A stretch of 63,896 nucleotides of DNA, counting the filler, from a bacterium (lineage in GTDB: Bacteria > JAJRZV01): the NCBI GenBank assembly GCA_024275095.1. It is 4 parts of 4 records of this genome, joined end to end, with 100 filler letters (N's around TTAATTAATTAA, not from the genome) between each part and the next. Parts side by side here need not be neighbours in the genome. Positions count along the whole stretch, not along the records: positions 1 to 23,444 come from JAJRZV010000006.1; 3 more parts are not named here. One strand, given 5' to 3'. The position numbers and the translations under genes were made by a program. How positions within the stretch are numbered: the first letter of the stretch is position 1; every line of letters starts with the position of its first letter. This document shows, in pieces, positions 10,612 through 21,370 of the stretch. The notes below the pieces were generated by a model, which did not search any database, had not been told where the DNA came from, and saw only the letters and a list, made by a program, of their open reading frames with translations.

Positions 10612-11049
10612 ATGTTCTTGGGGACATACTATCATACGATTGACGAGAAAGGGAGACTGGCTATTCCCAGTAAGTTCCGGGAGATTATTACGGGACGTTA
10701 CGAGAATCGCCTGGTTATGACACCTTTTAAATCATGTATTTTCGTATACCCCCTGGCTGAGTGGGAAAAGCTTGTGGAGAAGGTGGAACAGCTTCCCATG
10801 TTCGATGACCGCAAAAGAAATTTCCGGCGGCTTTTGTATTCACCCGCCATAGAATCTCCCATGGATAAACAGGGACGTATCCTTATTCCCCAGCCGCTTA
10901 GAAATATCATCAAGTTGGGTAAAGAGGTGGCCATTGTGGGAATGAACAACATGATTGAAATATGGCCGCGGGAGAGATGGGAATTAAAGTATCAGGAGAT
11001 TCTGGATGAGCTCGGTGATCTCAGCGCGTTACATGACCTGGGCATTTGA
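10612..11049 (+). CDS. mraZ: Transcriptional regulator MraZ
   Basis: MFLGTYYHTIDEKGRLAIP and DKQGRILIP AbrB-like repeats; first gene of the dcw cluster. Confidence 0.97.
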   Translation: MFLGTYYHTIDEKGRLAIPSKFREIITGRYENRLVMTPFKSCIFVYPLAEWEKLVEKVEQLPMFDDRKRNFRRLLYSPAIESPMDKQGRILIPQPLRNIIKLGKEVAIVGMNNMIEIWPRERWELKYQEILDELGDLSALHDLGI

Positions 11050-11059
11050 GAGGTCACTG

Positions 11060-11956
11060 GTGGATTTTGCTCCGGTTCACGAGCCCGTCATGGTTGAAGA
11101 GGTTCTCGAGGCTCTTCGGCCGGAGAAGGGACGCTTTTTTCTGGATGCGACCTGTGGTACCGGTGGACACAGTCTGGCCATAGCAGAGCGCATATCGAGC
11201 GAGGCGGTACTGGTAAGCAATGATTGGGACAGGAGTGTGCTTGAAATCGCGAAGGAACGTTTGTTGCGTCAAAACAAACAAATAGTAATCACAAATTTTA
11301 ACTTTGCTTCGCTCAACAACATTTCAGCAGCATCAGGTATTCGGAAATTCGATGGTGTGCTGGCTGATCTGGGTCTTTCTTCCTTTCAGCTCGATGATCC
11401 TCGCAGAGGTTTTTCGTTCCAGAGCGAAGGCATCCTGGATATGAGAATGAGTGATTTTCTCTCTCTTACTGCTCGCGAACTGGTGAATACACTCAGCGAG
11501 CAGGAATTGGCACGTATTATTTCCACCTACGGGGAAGAAAAGAAGGCGAGGCGGATAGCGCGAGCTATTGTAAAGAGACGGGCAAAACAACCTATCAGTA
11601 CAACACGTGAATTGGCGGAAATTATTGAAAAGCTCGGTGTGAGGAGAGGGCGCATACATCCTGCGACCAGGACATTCCAGGCTCTCCGGATAGCAGTGAA
11701 CGATGAACTGGGAAACCTGGAGCGTTTCCTCAGCAATTTGCCGCAATTTGTTGCACCCGGCGCACGGGTTGTAATCATCAGTTTTCATTCGCTTGAGGAT
11801 CGCCTGGTTAAAAGGGCTTTTAAAGCATGGGCAAAGGAAAAGAAAGGTCGTGTTCTTTTTAAGAAACCACTGAGGCCTTCAAAGGAAGAGGTGAGTCGGA
11901 ACCCGAGAGCACGGAGTGCAAAACTGAGATCATTTATTTTTGAAAGTGAGAGATGA
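11060..11956 (+). CDS. rsmH: 16S rRNA m4C1402 methyltransferase RsmH (MraW)
   Basis: HEPVM, DATCGTGGHS, DLGLSSFQLD, HPATRTFQALRI, NPRARSAKLR; start moved to GTG 11060 after GAGAGG. Confidence 0.96.
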   Translation: MDFAPVHEPVMVEEVLEALRPEKGRFFLDATCGTGGHSLAIAERISSEAVLVSNDWDRSVLEIAKERLLRQNKQIVITNFNFASLNNISAASGIRKFDGVLADLGLSSFQLDDPRRGFSFQSEGILDMRMSDFLSLTARELVNTLSEQELARIISTYGEEKKARRIARAIVKRRAKQPISTTRELAEIIEKLGVRRGRIHPATRTFQALRIAVNDELGNLERFLSNLPQFVAPGARVVIISFHSLEDRLVKRAFKAWAKEKKGRVLFKKPLRPSKEEVSRNPRARSAKLRSFIFESER

Positions 11957-12228
11957 CAAGAATGTTTATCATCACGTTATTTGTGGGGCTGCTTATCATG
12001 GCTCCTCTGATGGTCATTGTATGGGCAAGGAGTGAGGTTGTAACAACGGGATATCGAATTTCGGAGTTGCTGAAGGAAAGAGAAAAGCTGAGGGAGGTCA
12101 ATATTCGCTTGAGACAGGAGATTAATTCGCTCACGTCTCCTCAAAGACTGCGCAGGATCGCCACAGAGAAAGGATTTCAGAGAGCTGGCCGTGGACGCAT
12201 TATTGTCATCGTGGAGGAAGGAGATTGA
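11953..12228 (+). CDS. ftsL: Cell division protein FtsL
   Basis: Single TM segment plus coiled coil, located between rsmH and ftsI. Confidence 0.85.
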   Translation: MTRMFIITLFVGLLIMAPLMVIVWARSEVVTTGYRISELLKEREKLREVNIRLRQEINSLTSPQRLRRIATEKGFQRAGRGRIIVIVEEGD

Positions 12229-13994
12229 CGAGACGCCATTTACATCACACATACGATGTAAAGGTGAACATTAGAATGGCTGTAGTGGGTTCCTTGCTGG
12301 CTGTTCTTTTCGTATGTGTTGAATTGAGAGCTTTCTACATTCAGGTACTGCAAAATAAAAACTATTCACGCAAGGCCAGTAACATGCACCAGAGACGAAT
12401 AACACTGTACCCGCGTCGTGGCACGATTTACGACAGAGCTGGTAAACCCCTGGCTCTCACTGTGAAAGCACCGTCGATTTACATCCGACCACGTGAAATA
12501 AAAGATAAAAAAGCTGCTATTCAGTTTCTTCACGGGGTTCTCGGTATCTCACGAAGCCGGGCTGTCAAGATGGTTAAAAGTAAAAATTACTTTCTCTGGG
12601 TTAAACGCTACGCCAGCGAGAGACTCGCGAAAAAGGTCAGTGATGCGGGATTCAAGGGATTTGGGATCATAATGGAGTATAAACGCGTGTATCCCCAGGG
12701 GCCTCTTGCGGCGCATTTGTTGGGTTTTGCAGGAGTGGACACGCGTGGTCTGGAAGGTATAGAAGAAGAATACAACAAGATCCTCCAGCCTGATCCGGTT
12801 GAAATACGCATAGAGAAGGATGGTTTTAGCCGCGGCATTGTCATGGATGTGGACGAATACTTTGCCAATGCCGAAGGCAACTCCATTGTGCTGACCATTG
12901 ATACCCGCATCCAGGCTGTACTTGAGGAAGAGCTCCGTCATGCTTGTGAAGAATTTGAGGCAAAGTATTGCATGGGGCTTGTCATGAGCCCGAATACAGG
13001 TGAAGTGCTCGCGGGCGCTGTTTATCCCTCCTTTGACCCGAATCATTTCAGCGATTATTCCCGCACTCAATGGAGAAATCGCCTCATAACAGATGTGATA
13101 GAACCCGGTTCCACCTTCAAGGTTTTTCTTCTGGCAACCGCGCTTCAGGAGAAAGTTGTTTCCCTCGATGAGCTCTTTTATTGTGAGAACGGACGCTACC
13201 CTTTTTACGACCGTGTAATTTCAGACTACAAGCCTTTTGGATACTTATCTGTCGAAGAAACAGTGGTGTACTCTTCCAATATCTGTGCAGGAAAAATCGC
13301 ACTTGAGCTGGGAACTGAGCGCATGTTCAGTTATATTCGTGCATTCGGTTTTGGTGAGAGAACGGGAATCGATTTTCCAGGTGAGAGCTTGGGAATTTTG
13401 CGTGACCCGTCAGAATGGTCACCGGTTGACCTGTTCAGTGCGGGATTCGGCCAGGGCCTGGGAGTGACTCCTTTGCAACTGCTCAATGCGTTCAACGCCG
13501 TTATTAACGGAGGCTACCTGCTTCGCCCGTATCTTGTCGCAGAGATACGCTCGCCGGAGGGCAGGGTGTTGCGGCACACGCCTGTGCTTTTCAAGAGGAG
13601 GATTCTTGATGAACGCGTATCTGCACTCGTGCGCACAACCCTTGTAAAAGTTGTGGAGGAAGGTACGGGACGAAATGCCAGGATACCCGGGTATAAGGTG
13701 GGCGGTAAGACCGGGACGGCTCAGAAGTTCGATATAGAAGAGGGACGATATTCCGACGAAAAGTACCACGCTCTCTTCATCGGGATGGCTCCGGCCCGGA
13801 ATCCCAAATTTTCCATTCTTATTGTGGTAGATGAGCCTCAAAAAAGTATTTACGGAGGAGAGGTCGCGGCTCCGGTATTCAGGCGGGTGATGGAATACGC
13901 TTTGAGAGCGTACGACATTCCTCCTGATGTGCCTCCTGACACAACCTTCACCAGGGTGGGGTTGGCCGGTGAAACTGGCAGAACTTATCAATGA
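12225..13994 (+). CDS. ftsI: Peptidoglycan transpeptidase FtsI (PBP3)
   Basis: RRGTIYDR, EPGSTFK (SxxK), SSN, GKTGTAQK. Confidence 0.95.
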   Translation: MTRRHLHHTYDVKVNIRMAVVGSLLAVLFVCVELRAFYIQVLQNKNYSRKASNMHQRRITLYPRRGTIYDRAGKPLALTVKAPSIYIRPREIKDKKAAIQFLHGVLGISRSRAVKMVKSKNYFLWVKRYASERLAKKVSDAGFKGFGIIMEYKRVYPQGPLAAHLLGFAGVDTRGLEGIEEEYNKILQPDPVEIRIEKDGFSRGIVMDVDEYFANAEGNSIVLTIDTRIQAVLEEELRHACEEFEAKYCMGLVMSPNTGEVLAGAVYPSFDPNHFSDYSRTQWRNRLITDVIEPGSTFKVFLLATALQEKVVSLDELFYCENGRYPFYDRVISDYKPFGYLSVEETVVYSSNICAGKIALELGTERMFSYIRAFGFGERTGIDFPGESLGILRDPSEWSPVDLFSAGFGQGLGVTPLQLLNAFNAVINGGYLLRPYLVAEIRSPEGRVLRHTPVLFKRRILDERVSALVRTTLVKVVEEGTGRNARIPGYKVGGKTGTAQKFDIEEGRYSDEKYHALFIGMAPARNPKFSILIVVDEPQKSIYGGEVAAPVFRRVMEYALRAYDIPPDVPPDTTFTRVGLAGETGRTYQ

Positions 13995-15441
13995 GAAAAT
14001 TTTTTCTATCGAGGGAGATGCACAGGTGGATATAAGGGGAGTGACAGCGGATTCCAGGAAAGTACAAAAAGGTTACCTGTTTTTTGCTCTTAAAGGTACC
14101 AGTGCGCATGGAATCCAATTTGCCGAAGATGCCGTCAGTCGAGGTGCAGTGGCTGTGGTGACAGATGAGAATGTAAGCATTAACGGTTCGGTTACTGTGT
14201 ATGTAAAAGATGCTCGTGCGGCGTATGCAAAGGCGGCTGCCCGCTTTTACGGAGAGCCGTCGCTTCGTCTTGAAGTTCTCCTGGTTACCGGGACCAACGG
14301 GAAAAGCACGGTAGTGTATCTTCTTCAAAAGGTGGTCTCGGCCCTGGGTGAGAAAAGCGCCTATGTGGGTACGCTCGGTGCTGTGGAATATCCTGGAAAG
14401 ATTGATCTGACGACTCCCGATGCGGCGGAGTTTCAAAAATTGCTCAGGTGGTATGCAGATTCCGGTTACAGGTATGTTTTCGCAGAAGCCTCTTCCCACG
14501 CGCTGGACCAGAAGCGGATAGACTGCGTGTATCCGCGGGTGTGTGTTTTTACGAACCTTTCGCACGACCATCTGGACTATCACACGGACATGGACACATA
14601 TTTTAAAGCGAAAGCACGGTTGTTTCAGGAAATACTGAGGAGTTCGCCGAAGAAGCCCCGTTTTGCCGTTATCAATGCAGATGATCCTTACGGTCAGCGG
14701 CTTATGCAGATGTTGGAAAATACCGACGAAGTGGTTACGTACGGCATAAGGGAAAAGGCCGATGTAAAAGGTTTTGTTAAAACGTCTTCTCTAAAGGGGT
14801 TGCGTCTGTGTGTGAGCCTGAAAAATGCAGAATTTGAGGTAGAAAGTCCGCTCATAGGCGAGCACAACGCGTACAATCTTCTGGCTGTTGTCGCTTCGCT
14901 TCCGGCATTTGGAATTGACCCTGTAAAAGCTGCTCCACATTTTCGGGACGTACCTCCGCCTCCGGGAAGGCTGGAGAATGCCGGCGCTTCATCTGGAAAA
15001 TTCATTTTTGTTGATTACGCTCACACACCTGATGCCCTGGAAAAGGTACTTTCGGTGCTTCGTTCTCTGACCAGGGGCAGACTCATCGTGGTTTTCGGTT
15101 GCGGAGGTGACAGAGACAGGGAGAAGCGCCCTCAAATGGGGAGAATTGCCGAAGAACTGGCGGATGTCGTTGTGGTGACCTCTGATAACCCGCGCAGCGA
15201 AGATCCTTTTGCGATTATTCGGGACATCCTTCAGGGCATGAAAAATCCATCTTCTGTGACAGTGGAAGAAAATCGCAGGAAGGCCATTCAGCATGCTGTC
15301 GGAATTATGCGTAAAGATGATGTTCTGCTCATAGCCGGTAAAGGCCACGAAGACTACCAGATTATCGGAGATAAAAGGATTCACTTTGACGACAGGGAAG
15401 AAGTAACAAAGGCACTTCAGGGGAGCGATGAATCTCAGTGA
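13969..15441 (+). CDS. murE: UDP-MurNAc-tripeptide synthetase MurE (meso-DAP type)
   Basis: TGTNGKST, EASSHAL, DYAHTPDAL, DNPR (DAP-specific motif), AGKGHEDYQ; probable GTG start at 13969. Confidence 0.96.
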   Translation: MKLAELINEKIFSIEGDAQVDIRGVTADSRKVQKGYLFFALKGTSAHGIQFAEDAVSRGAVAVVTDENVSINGSVTVYVKDARAAYAKAAARFYGEPSLRLEVLLVTGTNGKSTVVYLLQKVVSALGEKSAYVGTLGAVEYPGKIDLTTPDAAEFQKLLRWYADSGYRYVFAEASSHALDQKRIDCVYPRVCVFTNLSHDHLDYHTDMDTYFKAKARLFQEILRSSPKKPRFAVINADDPYGQRLMQMLENTDEVVTYGIREKADVKGFVKTSSLKGLRLCVSLKNAEFEVESPLIGEHNAYNLLAVVASLPAFGIDPVKAAPHFRDVPPPPGRLENAGASSGKFIFVDYAHTPDALEKVLSVLRSLTRGRLIVVFGCGGDRDREKRPQMGRIAEELADVVVVTSDNPRSEDPFAIIRDILQGMKNPSSVTVEENRRKAIQHAVGIMRKDDVLLIAGKGHEDYQIIGDKRIHFDDREEVTKALQGSDESQ

Positions 15442-16783
15442 ACTTGTCAGGGAGATCACGGGTGTGAACGTCGAGACTGCATTAACCGGGGTGAGCATAG
15501 ACTCACGGACCATCACAGCTGGCCAGATGTTTGTGGCATTGAAAGGTAAGAGGTACGACGGCCACGACTTTGTGAAAGAGGCCCTGAGAAAAGGTGCAGC
15601 ACTGGTTGTGGTTGAGCGAGATCCCGGGATAGATACCCGGTGGGTGAAGGTGAATGATACATTGGAGTTTCTGTGGCGACTTGCTGCTTTACGCCGCGAG
15701 AAAACTTCCTGGCGTGTGGTGGGCGTTACGGGGTCTGCCGGGAAAACGACCACCAAAGATATTCTCGCGGAGGTGCTTTCTTTAAATGGAAAGGTAAGTG
15801 CCAGCGTAAAAAGCTACAACAATGTTATAGGCCTTTCTCTTTCTATCCTTAATGCACCATCAGATGCGGAATACCTGGTTCTTGAAATCGGGACAAACGC
15901 ACCCGGGGAAATTGCTTTTCTAACAGGTGTTGCCAGGCCCTTGATAGGTGTTATCACGCATGCAGGAGCAGCACACCTTGAGGGGCTCAAAACCGTAGCT
16001 CGCGTGATTCATGAAAAACTCGATCTTTTCAGACGTATGGACTCAGAAACTCTGAAAGTAGCAAATGGAGATATAAGACGCCTGAAAAAAAGAGCGGAGG
16101 AAGAGGGAATGGATGTACTGTGGTTTGGTTTACGCAAAGGAAACGACATCAGAATTCAACGCTGGAGGGCAGAAACCGACGGATGTGAATTCGAATGTAC
16201 GTTCAGGGATAAAACGGTGCGTGTAAAAATGGTGGGTTTTTATCACCGCGCGGCCGCGGCCAATACACTTCCAGCGGTGGCGGTAGGGCTGTGTGAAGGT
16301 CTTGAGGTCGGCGATATCGCTTCTGCTCTTTCGAGAATCCGTCCTGCCGCTGGCAGAGGTGTGCTGAAAAGGATCCGTCACGGTTTCTACATTTACGATG
16401 ATACTTATAATGCCAATCCCATATCTTTTCGTGCCGCCATCGAAGCGATGAGAAACATAGCAGGGCTGTTCGGCTTGGACACTCTCATCGCGATTGTTGG
16501 AGATATGGCCGAAATGGGACACAGAAGCTACACGGAGCACCTGCGCCTTGCTCAGAAGTTCATCCAGGAAGGTTACATTCAGGTTTTCTGTGTGGGTGAC
16601 CTGTGGCACAAAGCCGCCGGTACCCTCTCATCACGAATATTCACTGAGTGCAATGACGCGGTTGAAGCTGGTGAGCGTGCTTTTCAATTTGTGAAATCCC
16701 TGAGAAATGAAAAGCTGGGCATTCTGGTCAAGGGCTCAAGGGTGATGGAAATGGAAAAAGCCATCGCTGTGCTGGAGGGGTGA
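15428..16783 (+). CDS. murF: UDP-MurNAc-pentapeptide synthetase MurF
   Basis: SIDSR, TGSAGKTTTK, DDTYNANP, GDMAEMG, KGSR. Confidence 0.95.
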   Translation: MNLSELVREITGVNVETALTGVSIDSRTITAGQMFVALKGKRYDGHDFVKEALRKGAALVVVERDPGIDTRWVKVNDTLEFLWRLAALRREKTSWRVVGVTGSAGKTTTKDILAEVLSLNGKVSASVKSYNNVIGLSLSILNAPSDAEYLVLEIGTNAPGEIAFLTGVARPLIGVITHAGAAHLEGLKTVARVIHEKLDLFRRMDSETLKVANGDIRRLKKRAEEEGMDVLWFGLRKGNDIRIQRWRAETDGCEFECTFRDKTVRVKMVGFYHRAAAANTLPAVAVGLCEGLEVGDIASALSRIRPAAGRGVLKRIRHGFYIYDDTYNANPISFRAAIEAMRNIAGLFGLDTLIAIVGDMAEMGHRSYTEHLRLAQKFIQEGYIQVFCVGDLWHKAAGTLSSRIFTECNDAVEAGERAFQFVKSLRNEKLGILVKGSRVMEMEKAIAVLEG

Positions 16784-16784
16784 G

Positions 16785-17858
16785 TTGCTGGGTATTTACC
16801 TTTATTCTCTGCACAAGTATTTTTCCGCGTTCAACGTTTTCAAATACATCACTTTCCGTTCCATCCTTGCCACAATTACAGCCCTTCTCGTGTGCTTGTT
16901 TTGCGCTCCCCTGATCATTCTATGGCTTCGCACCAAGCAGATAGGCCAGGTGATTCGTGATGATGGGCCGCCTGATCACTTCAGTAAAGAAGGTACCCCT
17001 ACAATGGGAGGGCTGCTTATCCTCGCGGGACTTATCATTTCCACGCTGCTCTGGATGAAACCCGGCCTACCCATGCTCATTATTATGTGGGTGGTGCTCA
17101 CATTCGGTGCCATTGGGTTCGTTGATGACTATTTGAAGGTAATCAAGCGTAATCCCAAGGGATTAAAGGCCAGGTTAAAGTTTTTTCTGCAGATCCTCGC
17201 TGCACTCCCGGTGGTATTTTTCTTGTACTATTGTCCCGAATTTAACACGCGTCTCGTGTTTCCATTTATCAAGTGGTTCAGGCCGGATCTGGGAGCTTTT
17301 TATATCGTGTTCGCACTTCTGGTAATAGTGGGCGCATCCAATGCCGTTAATCTTACAGACGGACTTGATGGGCTGGCCATCGGACCCACCATCACCACAG
17401 CCGGCGTTTACGCGGTTTTCGCTTATGTGGCCGGACATTCCCAGTTTGCGCATTACCTTGATGTGGAATACGTGAAGGGCGCGGGCGAACTGGCGGTCTT
17501 CTGTGCGGCGCTGATAGGAGGGGGGCTGGGATTTTTATGGTATAACGCGTATCCCGCCCAGGTGTTTATGGGTGACGTGGGCTCACTCCCGCTGGGGGCT
17601 GCCATCGGCACCGCCGCCCTTCTCAGCAAACAGGAGCTTGTCCTTGCTATTGCGGGCGGCATTTTCGTCGTCGAGGCCGTTTCGGTGATGGTTCAGGTGA
17701 CCTCTTACAAATGGAAACAGAAAAGGGTTTTTCGAATGGCTCCCATTCATCACCATTTTGAACTCATTGGATGGGCTGAACCCAAAGTAACAGTGAGATT
17801 CTGGATTATTTCCATACTGCTGGCACTTGCAGCGTTAAGTACACTGAAGCTGAGGTAG
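16785..17858 (+). CDS. mraY: Phospho-MurNAc-pentapeptide transferase MraY
   Basis: KEGTPTMGG, NAVNLTDGLDGL, FMGDVGS, MAPIHHHFE. Confidence 0.97.
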   Translation: MLGIYLYSLHKYFSAFNVFKYITFRSILATITALLVCLFCAPLIILWLRTKQIGQVIRDDGPPDHFSKEGTPTMGGLLILAGLIISTLLWMKPGLPMLIIMWVVLTFGAIGFVDDYLKVIKRNPKGLKARLKFFLQILAALPVVFFLYYCPEFNTRLVFPFIKWFRPDLGAFYIVFALLVIVGASNAVNLTDGLDGLAIGPTITTAGVYAVFAYVAGHSQFAHYLDVEYVKGAGELAVFCAALIGGGLGFLWYNAYPAQVFMGDVGSLPLGAAIGTAALLSKQELVLAIAGGIFVVEAVSVMVQVTSYKWKQKRVFRMAPIHHHFELIGWAEPKVTVRFWIISILLALAALSTLKLR

Positions 17859-17865
17859 GCGATAG

Positions 17866-19194
17866 ATGGGGGAATACTTGATTATAGGTGTGGGTAAGAC
17901 AGGCACATCAGTGGCCAGGTATCTTTTGCGTCGTGGGGGAGTGAGGGTGTTTCTGTATGATGACGATCCTCATTCCATTGAGCGTTTTCAAAAAGAACCG
18001 GGAGTTGGCGGCAGGGTGGAGGTGCTTTTGAATGTAGAAGATCTCAACAAGCTGAAAGTCAGGTGCGTGGTGCCATCTCCTGGTGTCCCTCCACGTCATC
18101 CCGTGTTGACAAAGGCTCTCGATAGCGGAGCTGAGATGCTATCTGATCTCGTCATTTTTGAGAGAGAGTTTAACGGCACCATTATCGGTATTACAGGAAC
18201 AAACGGCAAAACGACTGTAGCCGGACTGACTGGAGACATTTTCCAACGTGCGGGAGCAAAGGTTTTTCTCGGTGGCAATATTGGTGTTCCTCTGCTGGAC
18301 GCCCTTGACGGGAAATACGAGGTGGCTGTGCTGGAGTTGAGCAGCTTCCAGCTCTATTACTCTCCGACATTCAGAGCACACACCGGCGTGCTGGTTAACC
18401 TCGATATTGACCACCTGGACTGGCATCCCACGGTGGAACATTACCACCGTTCCAAAGTGGAGTGGTTGCACAGGGTAAGAATGCGTCGGGTGCTCAATGT
18501 GGATGATCCCGGAGTCCTGCACTATTTCCCATCCAGTAGCTCTCGGGATTTTCGGGTTTCACTCATGCGAACGATGGAGAGCGGCGGCTGGAAAGAGGAA
18601 AACTTCTTGTATTTCAAAAACGGTACACGTTTTGCACGTGTAACATTTTCAGAAAGGACCCTTCCGGGTTTTTACGCCGTGGATGCGGCACTTGCTGCCT
18701 CTGTGGGGTTTCTGCATGGTATCGGGAAAGAAATTATAGAGGAAGCCATCGTTCACTTTCGTCCTGCAGAAGGGCGGCTGAGGATAGTTAACCGTGTGGG
18801 GGCAGTACACATATACGATGATTCAAAAGCGACCAATCCTCATGCAACGCTTCATGCCATACTTGCTGTTCCGCGCAAATGCGTGGTGATGATAGGTGGC
18901 CTGAACAAATCACTCAGTTTCAAGCCCCTCGAAAAAGCTCTTAATGAGCATTGCGCGGGAGTGATATTTTTTGGAAAGGATGGACGTTCCATCATGGAAG
19001 ATCTGAACCTCACCATTCCCTCTCGATACATACCTGCCATGCGTGACGCGGTTAAGGAAGCGTTGAACCTGGCCCGCGAATTGCAAGTAGACCTTTTGTT
19101 TTCCCCGGGTTGTGCATCTTTCGATGAGTTTTCCAGCTACCTGGAACGGTCACGGGTCTTTAGAGAAATTGTTGAAGCGGAGATATCTGCATGA
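17866..19194 (+). CDS. murD: UDP-MurNAc-L-Ala--D-Glu ligase MurD
   Basis: SPGVP, ITGTNGKTT, ELSSFQL, DHLDWH, DDSKATN, SPGCASFD. Confidence 0.95.
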   Translation: MGEYLIIGVGKTGTSVARYLLRRGGVRVFLYDDDPHSIERFQKEPGVGGRVEVLLNVEDLNKLKVRCVVPSPGVPPRHPVLTKALDSGAEMLSDLVIFEREFNGTIIGITGTNGKTTVAGLTGDIFQRAGAKVFLGGNIGVPLLDALDGKYEVAVLELSSFQLYYSPTFRAHTGVLVNLDIDHLDWHPTVEHYHRSKVEWLHRVRMRRVLNVDDPGVLHYFPSSSSRDFRVSLMRTMESGGWKEENFLYFKNGTRFARVTFSERTLPGFYAVDAALAASVGFLHGIGKEIIEEAIVHFRPAEGRLRIVNRVGAVHIYDDSKATNPHATLHAILAVPRKCVVMIGGLNKSLSFKPLEKALNEHCAGVIFFGKDGRSIMEDLNLTIPSRYIPAMRDAVKEALNLARELQVDLLFSPGCASFDEFSSYLERSRVFREIVEAEISA

Positions 19195-20285
19195 AAGAGG
19201 GACGGTTTGATTTCTTTTATTTCGGCCTCGTTGTCGCTCTTATGTGTGCCGGAGTGGTGATTGTATACAGCATCTCCTTTGTGTACGCACATGAAAAATT
19301 TAACGATCCGACGTTTTTTATGAAACGACAGATGATTTACATGGGGATCTCCTATGCTGTACTTCTTGGTGCGGCATTCTTTCCTCTCAAACTTTTCCGC
19401 CGTATGACTTTCCCTTTTCTATTTTCCGTGGTGCTTCTTTTGATACTCGTGTTTGTTCCCGGTGTCGGACACAAAATCAAAGGTGTTCACAGGTGGATTC
19501 ACCTGGGATACTTCAATATTCAGCCTTCCGAGTTTGCAAAGCTGGCTGTGGTGATGTACCTGGCGGATTTTACTGCACGCAAAGCCGAACACCTGAGTGA
19601 CTGGAAAAAAGGATTCCTCCCGCCTGTTGCTGTCATTGCTTTTATATGCACCCTTGTTGTTATAGAACCGGATTTCGGCGGGGCAGCGACTCTTTTCGTT
19701 ATCGGCTTGCTCACGCTTTATATCGGGGGCAGCAAACTTTTACATAATGCTATGCTTTTTCTTGTGACGCTTCCACTTGCTGTGTTGCTCGTGTTTCTGG
19801 AACCGTACCGCATGCAGCGTGTGCTCTCTTTTCTCGATCCGTGGCGCTTTTTCAGCGGACCCGGTTTTCAGACGGTTCAGTCGTTTCTTGCCCTGGGCTC
19901 GGGCGGGCTCATAGGGGTCGGCCTGGGCAACAGCCGCCAGAAGTTATTTTACCTCCCAGAAGCTCACACTGATTTTGTTCTTGCTGTTGTAGGCGAAGAA
20001 CTGGGATTCGCAGGCTTTACAGGGGCACTGCTTGCTGTACTGATGCTCAGCTACCTGGGATACCGCACTGCGTGGAAGGCAAAAACTCACTATGAAAAGG
20101 TCCTTGCCGGCGGCATGACCACCATCATACTGCTGCAGGCGCTTCTCAACGCCTGTGTGGTACTGGGGCTTTTGCCTCCGAAGGGAATGCCTTTTCCCTT
20201 TCTTTCGTACGGTGGTTCCTTTTTGCTCGTGTGCGCACTGGCATGCGGCCTCGTTTTGAACGTCAGCAGGAGGGTGCAGGAGTGA
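19191..20285 (+). CDS. ftsW: SEDS peptidoglycan polymerase FtsW
   Basis: IQPSEFAK, EPDFG, LPEAHTDF, PFLSYGGS. Confidence 0.95.
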   Translation: MKEGRFDFFYFGLVVALMCAGVVIVYSISFVYAHEKFNDPTFFMKRQMIYMGISYAVLLGAAFFPLKLFRRMTFPFLFSVVLLLILVFVPGVGHKIKGVHRWIHLGYFNIQPSEFAKLAVVMYLADFTARKAEHLSDWKKGFLPPVAVIAFICTLVVIEPDFGGAATLFVIGLLTLYIGGSKLLHNAMLFLVTLPLAVLLVFLEPYRMQRVLSFLDPWRFFSGPGFQTVQSFLALGSGGLIGVGLGNSRQKLFYLPEAHTDFVLAVVGEELGFAGFTGALLAVLMLSYLGYRTAWKAKTHYEKVLAGGMTTIILLQALLNACVVLGLLPPKGMPFPFLSYGGSFLLVCALACGLVLNVSRRVQE

Positions 20286-21370
20286 AACTGGCCATTTGTG
20301 CAGGGGGTACGGGTGGCCACGTGTTTCCGTCTCTGGCAGTGGCCAGGGAGTGGACGCAAAGGGGAGGCGAAGTCCTGTTTTTTCTCGTTGGCCGCCACAC
20401 GGAGAGGCCGCTGCAGGATCTGCCGGGTGTCAAGAGCTTTGTTATCAGTTCGGGGCAGGTATCTGGCCAGAGTGTGTTCCGCCGGCTTAAAGGTATATGG
20501 TATGCGTTGAGAGGAGTGGTTCAGGCCTGGCGTATCCTTCGTGAGGAAAAAGTCGGTGTGGTTCTCGGCATGGGCGGATACGCATCATTCCCGGTTGTAA
20601 TGGCAGCGTTTTTGCTCCGGGTACCCAGGGCTATTCTCGAGGCCAATGCTGTTCCGGGATTGGCAAACTCCTTTCTTTTTCGCATCAGCCACGTGGCGTT
20701 TCTCAATTTTGAAGGTGCTTCTCGGTTTGTAAAAGGAGCACGTGTCCTGATCACAGGATTGCCATTGAGAACAGAATTTGAAAAAGGCGGATTTCCTCCA
20801 CCTTCCAACGAGATTTCGCCTTCGATACTTGTTGTAGGTGGAAGTCTTGGTTCCGCGGTGCTCAATCGTCATGTTCCTGAAGCGTTGAAAATGCTTCATT
20901 ACAGGGGGCTCGAGTTCTCTGTTGTACACCAAACAGGCGAAAACAAGCGCGGGGAAGTAGAGAAGGCTTACTCCACCGCAGGATTCTCTTACAGGGTCAT
21001 AGAGTTCATTGAAGACATGGCGGAAGCTTTGAAGAATGCAGATGTTGTCATTTCCCGCAGCGGCGCCGGTTTCCTTGCCGAGCTCGCGGCAGCAGGCAGA
21101 CCTGCTGTGCTTGTGCCGTATTTTTATGCCTCACGACAGCATCAGCTTCACAATGCCCGTGAGTTTGAAAAAGCGGAAGCGGCGGTTGTGGTGGAAGAAG
21201 GTGAATACCTCACCGAGCGTATCGCAGATGCGCTGATGAGGTTTATTGTTGACAGGGAATATCGCCGCTATGCAGCAGAGCGTGCACGTTCGCTGGCGAA
21301 AAGAGGTGCTGCACAGAAAATCGTAGATTGTTTGAGGGAACTGGGAGAGAACCGTGTACGGTCGCATTAA
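20282..21370 (+). CDS. murG: Lipid II GlcNAc transferase MurG
   Basis: GGTGGHVFP, GGYASFP, GGSLG, HQLHNA; GTG start at 20282 overlapping the ftsW stop. Confidence 0.95.
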   Translation: MKLAICAGGTGGHVFPSLAVAREWTQRGGEVLFFLVGRHTERPLQDLPGVKSFVISSGQVSGQSVFRRLKGIWYALRGVVQAWRILREEKVGVVLGMGGYASFPVVMAAFLLRVPRAILEANAVPGLANSFLFRISHVAFLNFEGASRFVKGARVLITGLPLRTEFEKGGFPPPSNEISPSILVVGGSLGSAVLNRHVPEALKMLHYRGLEFSVVHQTGENKRGEVEKAYSTAGFSYRVIEFIEDMAEALKNADVVISRSGAGFLAELAAAGRPAVLVPYFYASRQHQLHNAREFEKAEAAVVVEEGEYLTERIADALMRFIVDREYRRYAAERARSLAKRGAAQKIVDCLRELGENRVRSH